Below are positions 45,067-53,835 of a DNA stretch of 64,000 nt, piece after piece. Both the position numbers and the translations under genes were made by a program. Location of the stretch: the NCBI GenBank assembly GCA_017880805.1, contig JADGRP010000260.1:588-64587 (forward strand). The letters run 5' to 3'. This DNA comes from Burkholderiales bacterium (GTDB lineage Bacteria > Pseudomonadota > Gammaproteobacteria > Burkholderiales > Casimicrobiaceae). A model generated the notes under the pieces. It searched no databases and was not told the DNA's origin. It saw only the letters and a list, made by a program, of their open reading frames with translations. Numbering within the stretch: the stretch's first letter is position 1; each line of letters starts with the position of its first letter.

Positions 45067-45768
45067 TCATAGCCCGAGATACGCCTGCTGGACCTTTGGA
45101 TTGTCGAGCAGCTCCGCACCCCTACCCGACAGCGCGATGCGGCCGACCTCGAGCACATAGGCGCGATCAGCGATCGCGAGCGCCGCGCGGGCGTTCTGGT
45201 CGACCAGCAGGATCGTCGTCGCTGCGTCCCTGAGCGATCGGATGATCGAGAAAATTTCGGCCACGATACGGGGCGCGAGTCCCATGCTGGGCTCGTCGAG
45301 CAGCAGCAACTTTGGTCGCGCCATCAGGGCACGACCGATCGCCAGCATTTGCTGCTGTCCGCCCGAGAGTGTTCCCGCGGTTTCGCGGCGCTTCGCAGCC
45401 AGGATCGGAAACATGGCAAACACGCGTTCGAGGCCACCGGCTGTCTCGCGTGCAGGACGCACGAATGCGCCGAGACGCAGATTGTCCTCGACCGACATCG
45501 GCCCGAACACTTGTCGGCCCTCCGGGACCTGTACGATGCCCATGCGTACGCGGCGGCGCGGCGAGATGTGCGTGACGTCGGAGCCCTCGAAGCACACGCT
45601 GCCCCGAGCTGCCGGCTGAACGCCGGAGAGCACGCGCAGCAACGTCGTCTTGCCTGCGCCGTTCGCGCCGACCAGCGCTACCAGCTCGCCACGGCCAACG
45701 TGAAGGTCGACGTCGGCGAGCATCGGAATGCGGCCATAGCGGCTCGAAAGCGCGGCGACCTCAAGCAT
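45067..45768 (-). CDS. ABC transporter ATP-binding protein, LivF-like
   Basis: 233 aa. GANGAGKTT, LSGGQQQ, LLLDEPS. Confidence 0.88.
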   Translation of the reverse strand: MLEVAALSSRYGRIPMLADVDLHVGRGELVALVGANGAGKTTLLRVLSGVQPAARGSVCFEGSDVTHISPRRRVRMGIVQVPEGRQVFGPMSVEDNLRLGAFVRPARETAGGLERVFAMFPILAAKRRETAGTLSGGQQQMLAIGRALMARPKLLLLDEPSMGLAPRIVAEIFSIIRSLRDAATTILLVDQNARAALAIADRAYVLEVGRIALSGRGAELLDNPKVQQAYLGL

Positions 45769-46543
45769 GTGGGGCTTCCGGCGAATTCGCGACGCCCAGG
45801 TAGGCCTCGATCACGCGCGGGTCGTTGCGAACCTCTTCCGTCGTTCCTTCGCTCAATCGCCGCCCGTAGTCGAGCACCAGGATGTGATCGGAGACGCCCA
45901 TCACCAGATGCATGTTGTGCTCGACCAGAACGACGGTCGTGCCCGCGGCGGCGAGCCTCTTGATCAGCGCGGCGATCTCGAGCGCCTCGGTCGGATTGAG
46001 ACCGGCTGCGGGTTCATCGAGGAGAAGCATCTGCGGCTCGCCGGCCAGCGCACGAGCAATCTCCAGACGCTTGAGCGCGCCGTAGGGCATCGCATCCGCG
46101 CCGGCTTCCGCGTAGTCTGCGAGCCCGAGGAAGCGCAACAGCTCCAACGCCCTTTCCCGGCACTCGCGTTCGGCACGGGCGAGGCGAGGTGTGTGCAGCA
46201 ACGCGTGCAGCAGCCCGCAACGCTCGCGCAGATGGCGCCCCGTCATAACATTTTCGAGTGCGCTCATGTTGAAAAAGATCTGCAGGTTCTGGAAGGTGCG
46301 CCCGATGCCAGCCTCTGCGAATGCGTGCGTCGGCGCACCGGTCAGCTCTCGGTCATCGAAAGTGATGCGACCCGCGCTTGGAACGTAGACGCCGGTCAAC
46401 AGGTTGAGGAGCGTCGTTTTTCCAGCGCCATTGGGACCGATGATCGAATGGACCGTACCGGCGGCCACCTTGAAGGAGAGATCCTCGACGGCGTGGACGC
46501 CTCCAAACTTCTTCGACAGGCGCTCGACGCACAGCGCGCTCAC
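45761..46543 (-). CDS. ABC transporter ATP-binding protein, LivG-like
   Basis: 260 aa, GTG start overlapping the livM-like stop. GPNGAGKTT, LEIARAL, LLLDEPAAGL, C-terminal EAYLG. Confidence 0.88.
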   Translation of the reverse strand: MSALCVERLSKKFGGVHAVEDLSFKVAAGTVHSIIGPNGAGKTTLLNLLTGVYVPSAGRITFDDRELTGAPTHAFAEAGIGRTFQNLQIFFNMSALENVMTGRHLRERCGLLHALLHTPRLARAERECRERALELLRFLGLADYAEAGADAMPYGALKRLEIARALAGEPQMLLLDEPAAGLNPTEALEIAALIKRLAAAGTTVVLVEHNMHLVMGVSDHILVLDYGRRLSEGTTEEVRNDPRVIEAYLGVANSPEAPHA

Positions 46544-47508
46544 CTCGCCCTCCGCTGCAGGTAGGCTCCCAGAGTCGGCACCACGCCGCGTGGAAAGAAA
46601 ATCATCGTCAGCATCATGAGCGCGCCAAATACCACCATTTCATAATCCTTGAGCAGCGTCAGTGCCTGGGGCAGCACCGTGAGAACCGCGGCGCCGACCA
46701 CCGCGCCGAAAGTCGACGCCATGCCACCGAAGACGACCATCGTCACCAACTCGATCGAATGCAGGAACGAAGCCTTGGCGGGCGTGACGAAACCCGAATA
46801 ATGGGCCGTCAGCGCGCCGGCAACCGCGGCGAACACCGCCGACACAACGAAGACCATGACTTTGTAGCGAGCGCAATCGATGCCGATGATTTCGGCTGCC
46901 ACTTCCGAGGTGTGCAGCGCCCGCAAAGCACGGCCGGCCGGGGATTCGATGAGATTCAGCGCCAGCCATACTGCGACAAGCAGGCAGGCTCCGACCACCC
47001 AATACCAGGCGTGCTCGCCGACGACCGCGAAGCCGAAAAGCGTCAGCGGGGGTACCGACATCCCGTCGGGTCCGCCCGTGACGCGGTCCTCGGTGGAGAG
47101 GACAATCGATACGATGACGCCGAGCCCCAGCGTTGCCATCGCGAGGTAGTGACCCTTCAAGCGCAGAATCGGGCGGCCCACCACGAAGGCGACGAGCGCA
47201 ACGCCAGCGGTCGCCGCAATCAACGCGCCAAGGGGCGGCCACCCGTAACGGGACGTGAGCAACGCCGAGCCATAGGCGCCCAGGCCGAAAAAGCCGGCGT
47301 GGCCGAGGCTGATCTGTCCGGCGTAGCCGATTAGCAGATTCAGACCAACGCAGACGATCGCGTTCAATCCGACCAGAATCGCAACCTCGTACAGGTAATT
47401 GTTGGCGAGCGCGAACGGCAACAGGGCGATGACCAGTGCGAGCGCCGCCAAACCGCCATTGCGCGAATGAGCCCACCGCACCGTGCTGGCGCTGCCGCGA
47501 CTAGACAC
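46540..47508 (-). CDS. ABC transporter permease, LivM-like
   Basis: ORF 46540..47580 trimmed to the GTG at 47508 (8-nt overlap with the livH-like end). Multi-TM, GQISLGHAGFFGLGAY motif. Confidence 0.82.
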   Translation of the reverse strand: MSSRGSASTVRWAHSRNGGLAALALVIALLPFALANNYLYEVAILVGLNAIVCVGLNLLIGYAGQISLGHAGFFGLGAYGSALLTSRYGWPPLGALIAATAGVALVAFVVGRPILRLKGHYLAMATLGLGVIVSIVLSTEDRVTGGPDGMSVPPLTLFGFAVVGEHAWYWVVGACLLVAVWLALNLIESPAGRALRALHTSEVAAEIIGIDCARYKVMVFVVSAVFAAVAGALTAHYSGFVTPAKASFLHSIELVTMVVFGGMASTFGAVVGAAVLTVLPQALTLLKDYEMVVFGALMMLTMIFFPRGVVPTLGAYLQRRAR

Positions 47509-48376
47509 GTTCGCTCTCGAGTACGCCAAGTATTCCACTGGGCCTGAAGAACAAGACAACGAGGATGATGACGAACGCAATCACGTCCTTGTAGGCAGAA
47601 GAAACATAGCCCGCGCCGAGGCTCTCCAGCAGCCCGAGGACGAGGCCGCCGACGATCGCGCCTGGAAAACTGCCGAGGCCGCCGAGGATCGCGGCGGCAA
47701 AACCTTTCAGTCCCAGCATAACGCCGACGTCATAGGACGTAAAAGCGATCGGTGCAATCAGCACGCCGGCCACCGCGCCGAGCGCCGCGGCCAGGCCGAA
47801 ACTCGCGAACAGCACCTTGCGGACATCGATGCCGACCAGTTGCGCGGCAAGCCGGTTGTAGGACGTGGCGAGCATCGCCTTGCCCAACCGCGTCCGGCCG
47901 AAAAACCACGACAACGCGCCTACGATCGCAATCGTGACACCGAGTACCCACAGACTTTGCGGCACGATCGTCGCGCCGAAAATCTCGATCGGCCGGTCAC
48001 CCGAGAGTGGCGGCAGCGCGTGGATCCCCTTGTCCCAGACGAGTTGCGCAACGCCGCGGAGCAGGATCGATGCACCGATGGTGATGATGATCAAGGTCAC
48101 CACGTCGGCCCGCCGCGCCCGTTCCACCGCGAACTTCTCGAGCAGCAGGCCTACGGCGCCCGCGATCACGACGGCGCCCGCAATCGCCGCAGGCATCGGC
48201 AAGCCGGTGGCAACCAGCGATACCGCACTCATGCCGCCGATCATCACGAACTCGCCTTGTGCGAAGTTGATGACGCGGCTGGCGTTGAAGATGATCGAAA
48301 AGCCCAGCGCCACCAGCGCATAAATCGCCCCCGCCGTCAGGCCGCCGGCGAGAAACTGTACCCACTGTTGGCCCAT
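47501..48376 (-). CDS. ABC transporter permease, LivH-like
   Basis: 291 aa. GLTAGAIYALVALGFSIIFNASRVINFAQGEF is the typical LivH N-terminus. Confidence 0.88.
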   Translation of the reverse strand: MGQQWVQFLAGGLTAGAIYALVALGFSIIFNASRVINFAQGEFVMIGGMSAVSLVATGLPMPAAIAGAVVIAGAVGLLLEKFAVERARRADVVTLIIITIGASILLRGVAQLVWDKGIHALPPLSGDRPIEIFGATIVPQSLWVLGVTIAIVGALSWFFGRTRLGKAMLATSYNRLAAQLVGIDVRKVLFASFGLAAALGAVAGVLIAPIAFTSYDVGVMLGLKGFAAAILGGLGSFPGAIVGGLVLGLLESLGAGYVSSAYKDVIAFVIILVVLFFRPSGILGVLESERV

Positions 48377-48403
48377 GCGCAGCCTTTTGTCGGCGCCGGC
48401 GCG

Positions 48404-49570
48404 TTACTTGACGAGGACCCAGTTGCCGTTGCGCACTTCGAGCATCCGGAAGGCGGAAAGGTCGAGCCCCATGTGATCGGTGGCCGACATGTTGACCACG
48501 CCACCGGTCCCCACATACCCACGCGTGTTCTCGATCGCATCGCGTACCTTGGCCTTGTCGGCGCTGCCGACGCGCTTGATCGCATCGACCACCAGCATCA
48601 GCCCGTCGTAGGCATGGCCGCCGAATGTCGAAACGTCAGACTTGTATCTGGCTTCGTAATCGCGCTTATAGGCGACGACGACGGGCTTCTGAGGATCGCC
48701 GTCGGGCAGGATTTCCGCCACGAGCAGCGCCGCCGCCGGCAGGCGAACGCCTTCGGCGGCGTCACCGGCGAGCTTGATGAATTCCTTCGACGCGACGCCA
48801 TGCGATTGGTATAGCGGCACCGTGAGGCCGAGCTGCTTGTAGTTCTTGGTAACGATCGCGGGCCCCTGTCCGAAGCCGGCATTCAGCAGCGCCTGCACAC
48901 CCGGCGTCGCCTTGATCTTGGTCAGCTGGGCGGTCATGTCGGTGTCTCCGGCACCGTAGGTCTCGTCGGCGACGATCTCCACGCCATAGTCGCCGGCGAC
49001 TTTCAGGCATTCGCCTCGCATCGACTTGTCGAATCCTCCGGCGCCCGATATCAGCGCGAGCTTCGTCAGCTTGCGCGCGCGCATGTCCGCGAAGATCTTC
49101 TCGCAGGCCATGCGGTCGGTATGCGGCGTCTTGAAGACCCACTTCTTGATCGGCTCGATAATGCCCACAGCCCCCGCCAGCGACACGAAGGGCAATTGCG
49201 CCTGCTCCGCCAGCGGAATCGCGGCCATGGTGGCTCCGGTGGTCGAGCCGCCGACGATCACGTCGACCTTGTCCTGCTCGATAAGCCGCTTGGCGAAGGT
49301 GCGGGCCTTGTCGGCATCGCCGCTGTCGTCGTACACGATGAGCTGCAGCTTGTGTCCTGCGACACCGCCGCTCGCGTTGATGCGCTCGACGTACATCTCG
49401 AGCGTCTTCTGCTCCGGATCTCCGAGAAACGCGGCGGGCCCGGTCACCGACAGAAAGGCGCCGATCCGGATCGGCTCCTGGGCAGTCGCGGTTCCGAAGC
49501 AGGCGAATGCGCCCGCGAAAATAATCCCAGCCACCAGCGCTTCCGCGCGAGCGTTCTTGATCAATCCCAT
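48404..49570 (-). CDS. ABC transporter periplasmic solute-binding protein (LivK-like family)
   Basis: ORF 48404..49672 trimmed to the ATG at 49570, preceded by GGAGGAG; 388 aa. Signal peptide (AGIIFAGAFACFGTATAQE), IRIGAFLSVTGPAAFLG. Confidence 0.85.
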   Translation of the reverse strand: MGLIKNARAEALVAGIIFAGAFACFGTATAQEPIRIGAFLSVTGPAAFLGDPEQKTLEMYVERINASGGVAGHKLQLIVYDDSGDADKARTFAKRLIEQDKVDVIVGGSTTGATMAAIPLAEQAQLPFVSLAGAVGIIEPIKKWVFKTPHTDRMACEKIFADMRARKLTKLALISGAGGFDKSMRGECLKVAGDYGVEIVADETYGAGDTDMTAQLTKIKATPGVQALLNAGFGQGPAIVTKNYKQLGLTVPLYQSHGVASKEFIKLAGDAAEGVRLPAAALLVAEILPDGDPQKPVVVAYKRDYEARYKSDVSTFGGHAYDGLMLVVDAIKRVGSADKAKVRDAIENTRGYVGTGGVVNMSATDHMGLDLSAFRMLEVRNGNWVLVK

Positions 49571-49705
49571 AGCGGTCTCCTCCTGCAGTAGCTTCGGCAA
49601 TGCGGCAACCCAGTCCGTGAGGACTGCTGCCGCTTCAGGTTCACAGAGTTGGCGGTGCTCGCCACGTGCCAACGAAAAACGAGATAAAATTTACGTTTAA
49701 GGTCT

Positions 49706-49721
49706 ATTCTGGTACCGGAAT
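49706..49721. promoter_or_regulatory. Near-perfect palindrome ATTCTGGTACCGGAAT (operator-like) in the ABC-operon / GNAT divergent region
   Basis: 14/16 self-complementary, lying in an AT-rich gap. It overlaps the position expected for a -10 element of a minus-strand promoter served by the box at 49734. Confidence 0.3.
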
Positions 49722-49733
49722 GCGCTTATTAAC

Positions 49734-49747
49734 TTGATCTACATCAC
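49734..49747. promoter_or_regulatory. Fnr-family-like box TTGAT-CTAC-ATCAC upstream of the Liv-type/pad/hcr gene array
   Basis: 9/10 match. Located 164 bp upstream of the solute-binding-protein ATG (49570) and 24 bp upstream of the GNAT GTG (49771). Confidence 0.5.
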
Positions 49748-49770
49748 CCTTTGCCTTTTTTGAGAGCTAC

Positions 49771-50304
49771 GTGAAGACGAAATCGGTGCCACGCAGACCG
49801 GCCGGCGCAACGACCCGCGCAACGGCCCTTGACCGCGCCCGAGAACCGCGCGCGCCCTCGGACCCGGTCTCGATCCGGCGTGTGCGGCACGGGGATCTTG
49901 ACCAGATCATCGCGATCGACGCGACCGTTACCGGTCTGGAGAAGCGAAACTACTGGAAGTCCGTCTATCGGCGCTATGGCGTCGCCGGACCCGCCGAGCG
50001 GCAGTTTCTGGTGGCCGATGCGACGGGGCGCGTCGTCGGCTTTGTCATTGGCGAAGTGCGCGACTGGGAGTTCGGCTCGCCGCCTTGCGGCTGGGTCTTC
50101 GGGATCGATGTCGAGCCCGGTTCCCGTTTGGCCGGTATCGGCGCACGCCTGCTGGAAGCGATTTGCGCAAGCTTCACGCGCGCGGGAGTCAGGAAAGTAC
50201 GGACAATGCTCTCTCGCGACAACAAGCTGATCCTGTCGTTTTTTCGAAGTCAGGGCATGATGGCAGGACCGTTCATTCCGCTGGAGATGGATCTTGACGC
50301 CTGA
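49771..50304 (+). CDS. GNAT N-acetyltransferase, BadL-like (adjacent to an Rrf2 regulator)
   Basis: 177 aa, GTG start. GDLDQIIAIDATVTGLEKRNYW...GFVIGEV..FG...GIDVEPGSRLAGIGARLL (acetyl-CoA-binding R/Q-x-x-G-x-G/A type loop). Same subfamily pattern as both halves of 23724..24737. Confidence 0.7.
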   Translation: MKTKSVPRRPAGATTRATALDRAREPRAPSDPVSIRRVRHGDLDQIIAIDATVTGLEKRNYWKSVYRRYGVAGPAERQFLVADATGRVVGFVIGEVRDWEFGSPPCGWVFGIDVEPGSRLAGIGARLLEAICASFTRAGVRKVRTMLSRDNKLILSFFRSQGMMAGPFIPLEMDLDA

Positions 50305-50337
50305 CTTCGGCCGCTCGACGGGCACGGGAGGCACGCT

Positions 50338-50805
50338 ATGAAACTGCAAAAGAACAGCTCCCTCGCGCTCTACAGCGTGCTCGAGTTCGCGACCGATCCG
50401 ACGCGCCATATTTCGGCAGCCGAGATCGCGGACAAGTACGGCGTGTCTTCTCACCATTTGGCCAAGGTGCTCTCCGGGCTCGCGCGCGCCGGCATCGTAG
50501 AATCGGTGCGTGGAGTCGGCGGTGGTTACCGTTTTGTCGGAAACGTGCGGCGGCTCACGCTGATGGATGTGATCCAGACGTTCGAGCAGCCCGGCTTGCC
50601 TGAGGGCGGCCGACGCGAACCCGGAGAACTGACGCCCGTAGGCAAGGCCTTGGGTGCGGTATTGTCCGAAATCGACGAAATCGCCAAGGCGACCCTCAGC
50701 TCGATCACACTCACCACGATGCTGCGGCTGATGGAACGTCAACAGCGCGGCGCCGCGGAATCCGTCGCGCGGCGCAAGAACAATGGCGCCCCGGTCCGGG
50801 CATAA
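50338..50805 (+). CDS. Rrf2-family transcriptional regulator without cluster-ligand cysteines (BadM-like)
   Basis: 155 aa, SD GGGAGG. Winged-helix segment ISAAEIADKYGVSSHHLAKVLSGLARAGIVESVRGVGGGYRF. The protein contains no Cys at all, so it is not an Fe-S sensing Rrf2. Confidence 0.8.
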   Translation: MKLQKNSSLALYSVLEFATDPTRHISAAEIADKYGVSSHHLAKVLSGLARAGIVESVRGVGGGYRFVGNVRRLTLMDVIQTFEQPGLPEGGRREPGELTPVGKALGAVLSEIDEIAKATLSSITLTTMLRLMERQQRGAAESVARRKNNGAPVRA

Positions 50806-51044
50806 TCGTCGATCGAGTGTCCCGCCGCCGACTACGGTCGGTGGGCGCGCCGGCACGCAAGGCCCGACTCGTTTCGTGTTCGAACTTGCGATGGCGGCCG
50901 GCCCAGACCACCGGTTGGGGTCCCGGGCCCACACCCTGCGCGACGGCCTGTCGACCGAGTTGGCGGCTCCATAATCTCCTCCCCGCCTCTTGCCCTACCG
51001 CCTGAGCGGATCGCTGATCCTGAGCCGAACGCGACGATGACTAC

Positions 51045-51058
51045 TTGATACAGATCAA
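51045..51058. promoter_or_regulatory. Perfect Fnr-type box TTGAT-ACAG-ATCAA
   Basis: Exact 10/10 palindrome inside the 529-bp non-coding stretch between the Rrf2 gene and the SDR gene. Confidence 0.6.
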
Positions 51059-51176
51059 GCGGACGCCGAAGCCGTGCCGGATGCGGCAGTGGCGCTGTGA
51101 CGAGCTGCTCGCTCGAAGATTCGGCAGCAAGCTCGGCGTCGAGGCTAATCGGGGCAGCCGCGGCGTCCCCAGTTCG

Positions 51177-51190
51177 TTGACACGAATCAA
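51177..51190. promoter_or_regulatory. Fnr-family-like box TTGAC-ACGA-ATCAA
   Basis: 9/10 match, 145 bp upstream of the SDR ATG (51335). A CACAGT hexamer lies at about the class II distance. Confidence 0.5.
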
Positions 51191-51334
51191 TGCCGTCAGG
51201 AGCACCATGCCGCACAGTAGGCGGAACGCATGCCGGCGGCTTCTACAGGACACCCGTTACGACAAGCCGTATGCTTGCAGACGGGGTTTGGATCTGCGCT
51301 GCGATCCATAGCGACCAAACAGGGGGCGAAGAAT

Positions 51335-52081
51335 ATGCAGTTGCAAGGCAGGACGGCAATTGTTACGGGTGCGGCGCAGGGCATCGGCGCGGCCGTCGCC
51401 CGTGCATTCGCCGACAGCGGTGCCCGCGTGTGTGCGGTTGATCTCACTCTTGAGCGGGTGGAGGCGCTTGCAGACAGACTGCGCGCGGGCGGCGCCGAGG
51501 CGATCGGCATTGGTTGCGATGTGTCTCGCCGCGACCAAGTCGACGCGATGGTCACCGCGACCCACCAACACTTCGGCCGAGTCGATATCCTGATCAACAA
51601 CGCAGGCATCACGCGTCCGGCAATGCTGCACAAGATGACGGAGGCGCAATGGGACGAGGTCATGGCCGTGCACCTGAAGGGGAGCTTCAACTGCCTGCAG
51701 GCGGTGGCGCCGGGAATGATGGAACGGCGTTATGGCCGCATCGTTAATGTGACTTCGACTGCGGGCATTCTGGGGACGATCGGCCAGATCAATTACAGCG
51801 CCGCCAAGGCGGGGGTCGTCGGGCTGACAATGTCCGCCGCGAAGGAATTGGCGAAGTACGGCATCGTGGTAAATGCGATCGCGCCGGGCGCCGCGACGCC
51901 GATGACCGAGACGATTCGCACCGACGCGCGCTTCAAGGAAAAATACCTGGAGCGCATCCCGATGGGACGCTGGGCGGAGCCCGAGGAGATCGCTCCGGTT
52001 TTCGTCTTCTTCGCCTCGGACGCGGCCAGCTACGTCACAGGGCAGGTGCTTGCTGCCGACGGCGGCATGACGATCCGCTAG
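51335..52081 (+). CDS. Short-chain dehydrogenase/reductase (FabG-like 3-oxoacyl/3-hydroxyacyl reductase)
   Basis: ORF 51230..52081 trimmed to the ATG at 51335; 248 aa. TGAAQGIGAA, NNAG, YSAAKAG. Confidence 0.85.
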   Translation: MQLQGRTAIVTGAAQGIGAAVARAFADSGARVCAVDLTLERVEALADRLRAGGAEAIGIGCDVSRRDQVDAMVTATHQHFGRVDILINNAGITRPAMLHKMTEAQWDEVMAVHLKGSFNCLQAVAPGMMERRYGRIVNVTSTAGILGTIGQINYSAAKAGVVGLTMSAAKELAKYGIVVNAIAPGAATPMTETIRTDARFKEKYLERIPMGRWAEPEEIAPVFVFFASDAASYVTGQVLAADGGMTIR

Positions 52082-52120
52082 CGAGCGCCGACACGCCGCT
52101 CCCGAGCATCACGACACACG

Positions 52121-52267
52121 ATGAACAATTCCGCCGCGCCACCGCAGTTCCGCTGGGATGACCCACTGCTTCTGGACGAGCAACTTACGGAGGAGGAACG
52201 CCTCGTCCGCGACTCGACCCGCGCCTCTCGAAACACGGACGAAAACCGAATGGAATTCCACCGTTAG
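52121..52267 (+). pseudogene. gcdH: 5' remnant of glutaryl-CoA dehydrogenase gene (about the first 33 codons, then unrelated sequence and a stop)
   Basis: 48-codon ORF below the track cutoff: MNNSAAPPQFRWDDPLLLDEQLTEEERLVRDS then TRASRNTDENRMEFHR*. The F-x-W-x-DPLLLD-x-QLTEEER-x-VRDS string is the conserved GcdH N-terminus as I recall it. The remaining roughly 1.1 kb of the gene is absent, and the convergent hydrolase gene starts 10 bp later. Confidence 0.55.
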
Positions 52268-52276
52268 CGTAGCGGG

Positions 52277-53041
52277 TCATGCAGTGATCCGATCGACGAA
52301 AGCCGTCATCGCCTCCATCACCGCTTCGGGCTGATCCCGATGCGGCGAGTGCCGGCAGTCCTTGAGGGTCAACAGCTCGACATCGGCAACCTGCCGGCCG
52401 ATACGCGCAAGCTGTTCCATGCTGCCGTACTCGTCGTCCTCGCCCTGCATCGCAATCACCGGGCAGCTTACGCGCGGCAGATAATCCTCGATATTCCAGC
52501 GCCGAAAGTCGGGATGCAGCCAAATGCGGTTCCAACCCCAGAACGCTGAATCGACGTCGGCGTGATACGGCGCAAGCTTGGCACGCAGATCGCTGGTCTC
52601 ATAGGTCACTTTGGCCGCGGCGATGCTCGCGATCGAGATGTCTTCCACAAGGACATGCGGCGCCATCAGGACGAGACCACCGACAGGGCGCCTGGCCCCA
52701 CCGGCGTGGATCAGCGCGATGGAGCCACCGTCGCTATGCCCAACGAGGATCGGCCTGTCGATAGCGAGTTGGTCCAGCAGCTCCGGCAACGTGGCGAGCG
52801 CTTCGTCGTGCATATAGCTGACCGTTCGCGGCTCTCTCAGCGGCTCGGAACTGCCGTAGCCATACCGCGAATACACCAACGCGTTGCAGTTCGTCGCGTG
52901 CGCCACGCGGCTCGGGAAATCTCTCCACATCGCGACCGAACCGAGCCCTTCGTGCAGGAATACCAGCGTCGGACGGTCCGCACGAGTCACCACGACGCGC
53001 TCGTATTCGATGCGGTGGGAACAGACGGTAACGAATGGCAT
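52277..53041 (-). CDS. Alpha/beta-fold hydrolase
   Basis: 254 aa. Oxyanion segment VFLHEGLGS, nucleophile elbow GHSDGG, C-terminal His region CRHSPH. Confidence 0.8.
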   Translation of the reverse strand: MPFVTVCSHRIEYERVVVTRADRPTLVFLHEGLGSVAMWRDFPSRVAHATNCNALVYSRYGYGSSEPLREPRTVSYMHDEALATLPELLDQLAIDRPILVGHSDGGSIALIHAGGARRPVGGLVLMAPHVLVEDISIASIAAAKVTYETSDLRAKLAPYHADVDSAFWGWNRIWLHPDFRRWNIEDYLPRVSCPVIAMQGEDDEYGSMEQLARIGRQVADVELLTLKDCRHSPHRDQPEAVMEAMTAFVDRITA

Positions 53042-53051
53042 CGAGAGGCTC

Positions 53052-53765
53052 TCAGACCCCGAGATGCCGTCGCAGCACCTCAGGCTGCGCTTTCAATGTC
53101 GGGCTGTCACCCTCGAACACGACGCGGCCTTTCACCAGGATCACGTTGCGATTGGCGATTGCGGTTACCGCGGCGTAATTTTTGTCGACGATCAATATGG
53201 CGATCCCGTGCTCACGGATATCGCGGAGGATTCGCCAGATTTCGCGCGCGATCTGCGGCGCCAGGCCTTCGGTCGCCTCGTCGAGGATCAGCAGGTCGGG
53301 GTTGGTCATCAAAGCCCGACCGATGGTGAGCATCTGCTGCTCGCCGCCGGAGAGGCGCCAGCCTCCGTTGTCGAGCCGCTCGGCAAGTCGCGGAAAAGTC
53401 ACCAATACGCGCTCGTACGTCCAGTCGTGGCGCCCGTCGGGTCCGGCGCGCGCGGCCATGACGAGATTTTCGCGCACGGTGAGGTTCGGGAAGATACCGC
53501 GGCCTTCCGGCACGTAGGCGATTCCCTGGCGCGCGACGAGATACGGCTCGGCGCCGGTCATCGGCGTGCCGCAGACCCAGACCTCGCCGTGGCGAGGTTT
53601 GACGAGCCCGAGCATGCTGCGGATCAGCGTACTCTTGCCCATGCCGTTGCGTCCCATCAGGCCCACGGTCTCGCCGCGATCAATGCGAAAATCAACACCG
53701 TGGAGCACATGGCTCGCTCCGTAATAGGTGTGCAACTCGCGGGCTTCGAGCAATGCTTCGCTCAT
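53052..53765 (-). CDS. ABC transporter ATP-binding protein, LivF-like
   Basis: 237 aa. GRNGMGKST, LSGGEQQ, LILDEATEGL. Confidence 0.88.
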   Translation of the reverse strand: MSEALLEARELHTYYGASHVLHGVDFRIDRGETVGLMGRNGMGKSTLIRSMLGLVKPRHGEVWVCGTPMTGAEPYLVARQGIAYVPEGRGIFPNLTVRENLVMAARAGPDGRHDWTYERVLVTFPRLAERLDNGGWRLSGGEQQMLTIGRALMTNPDLLILDEATEGLAPQIAREIWRILRDIREHGIAILIVDKNYAAVTAIANRNVILVKGRVVFEGDSPTLKAQPEVLRRHLGV

Positions 53766-53835
53766 TCGTGCGACCCCCGTTCAGTCGCATGCCCGACTCC
53801 GCGTCGCTGCGCTTGCGGGGTCCCTGCTTCCCGGC

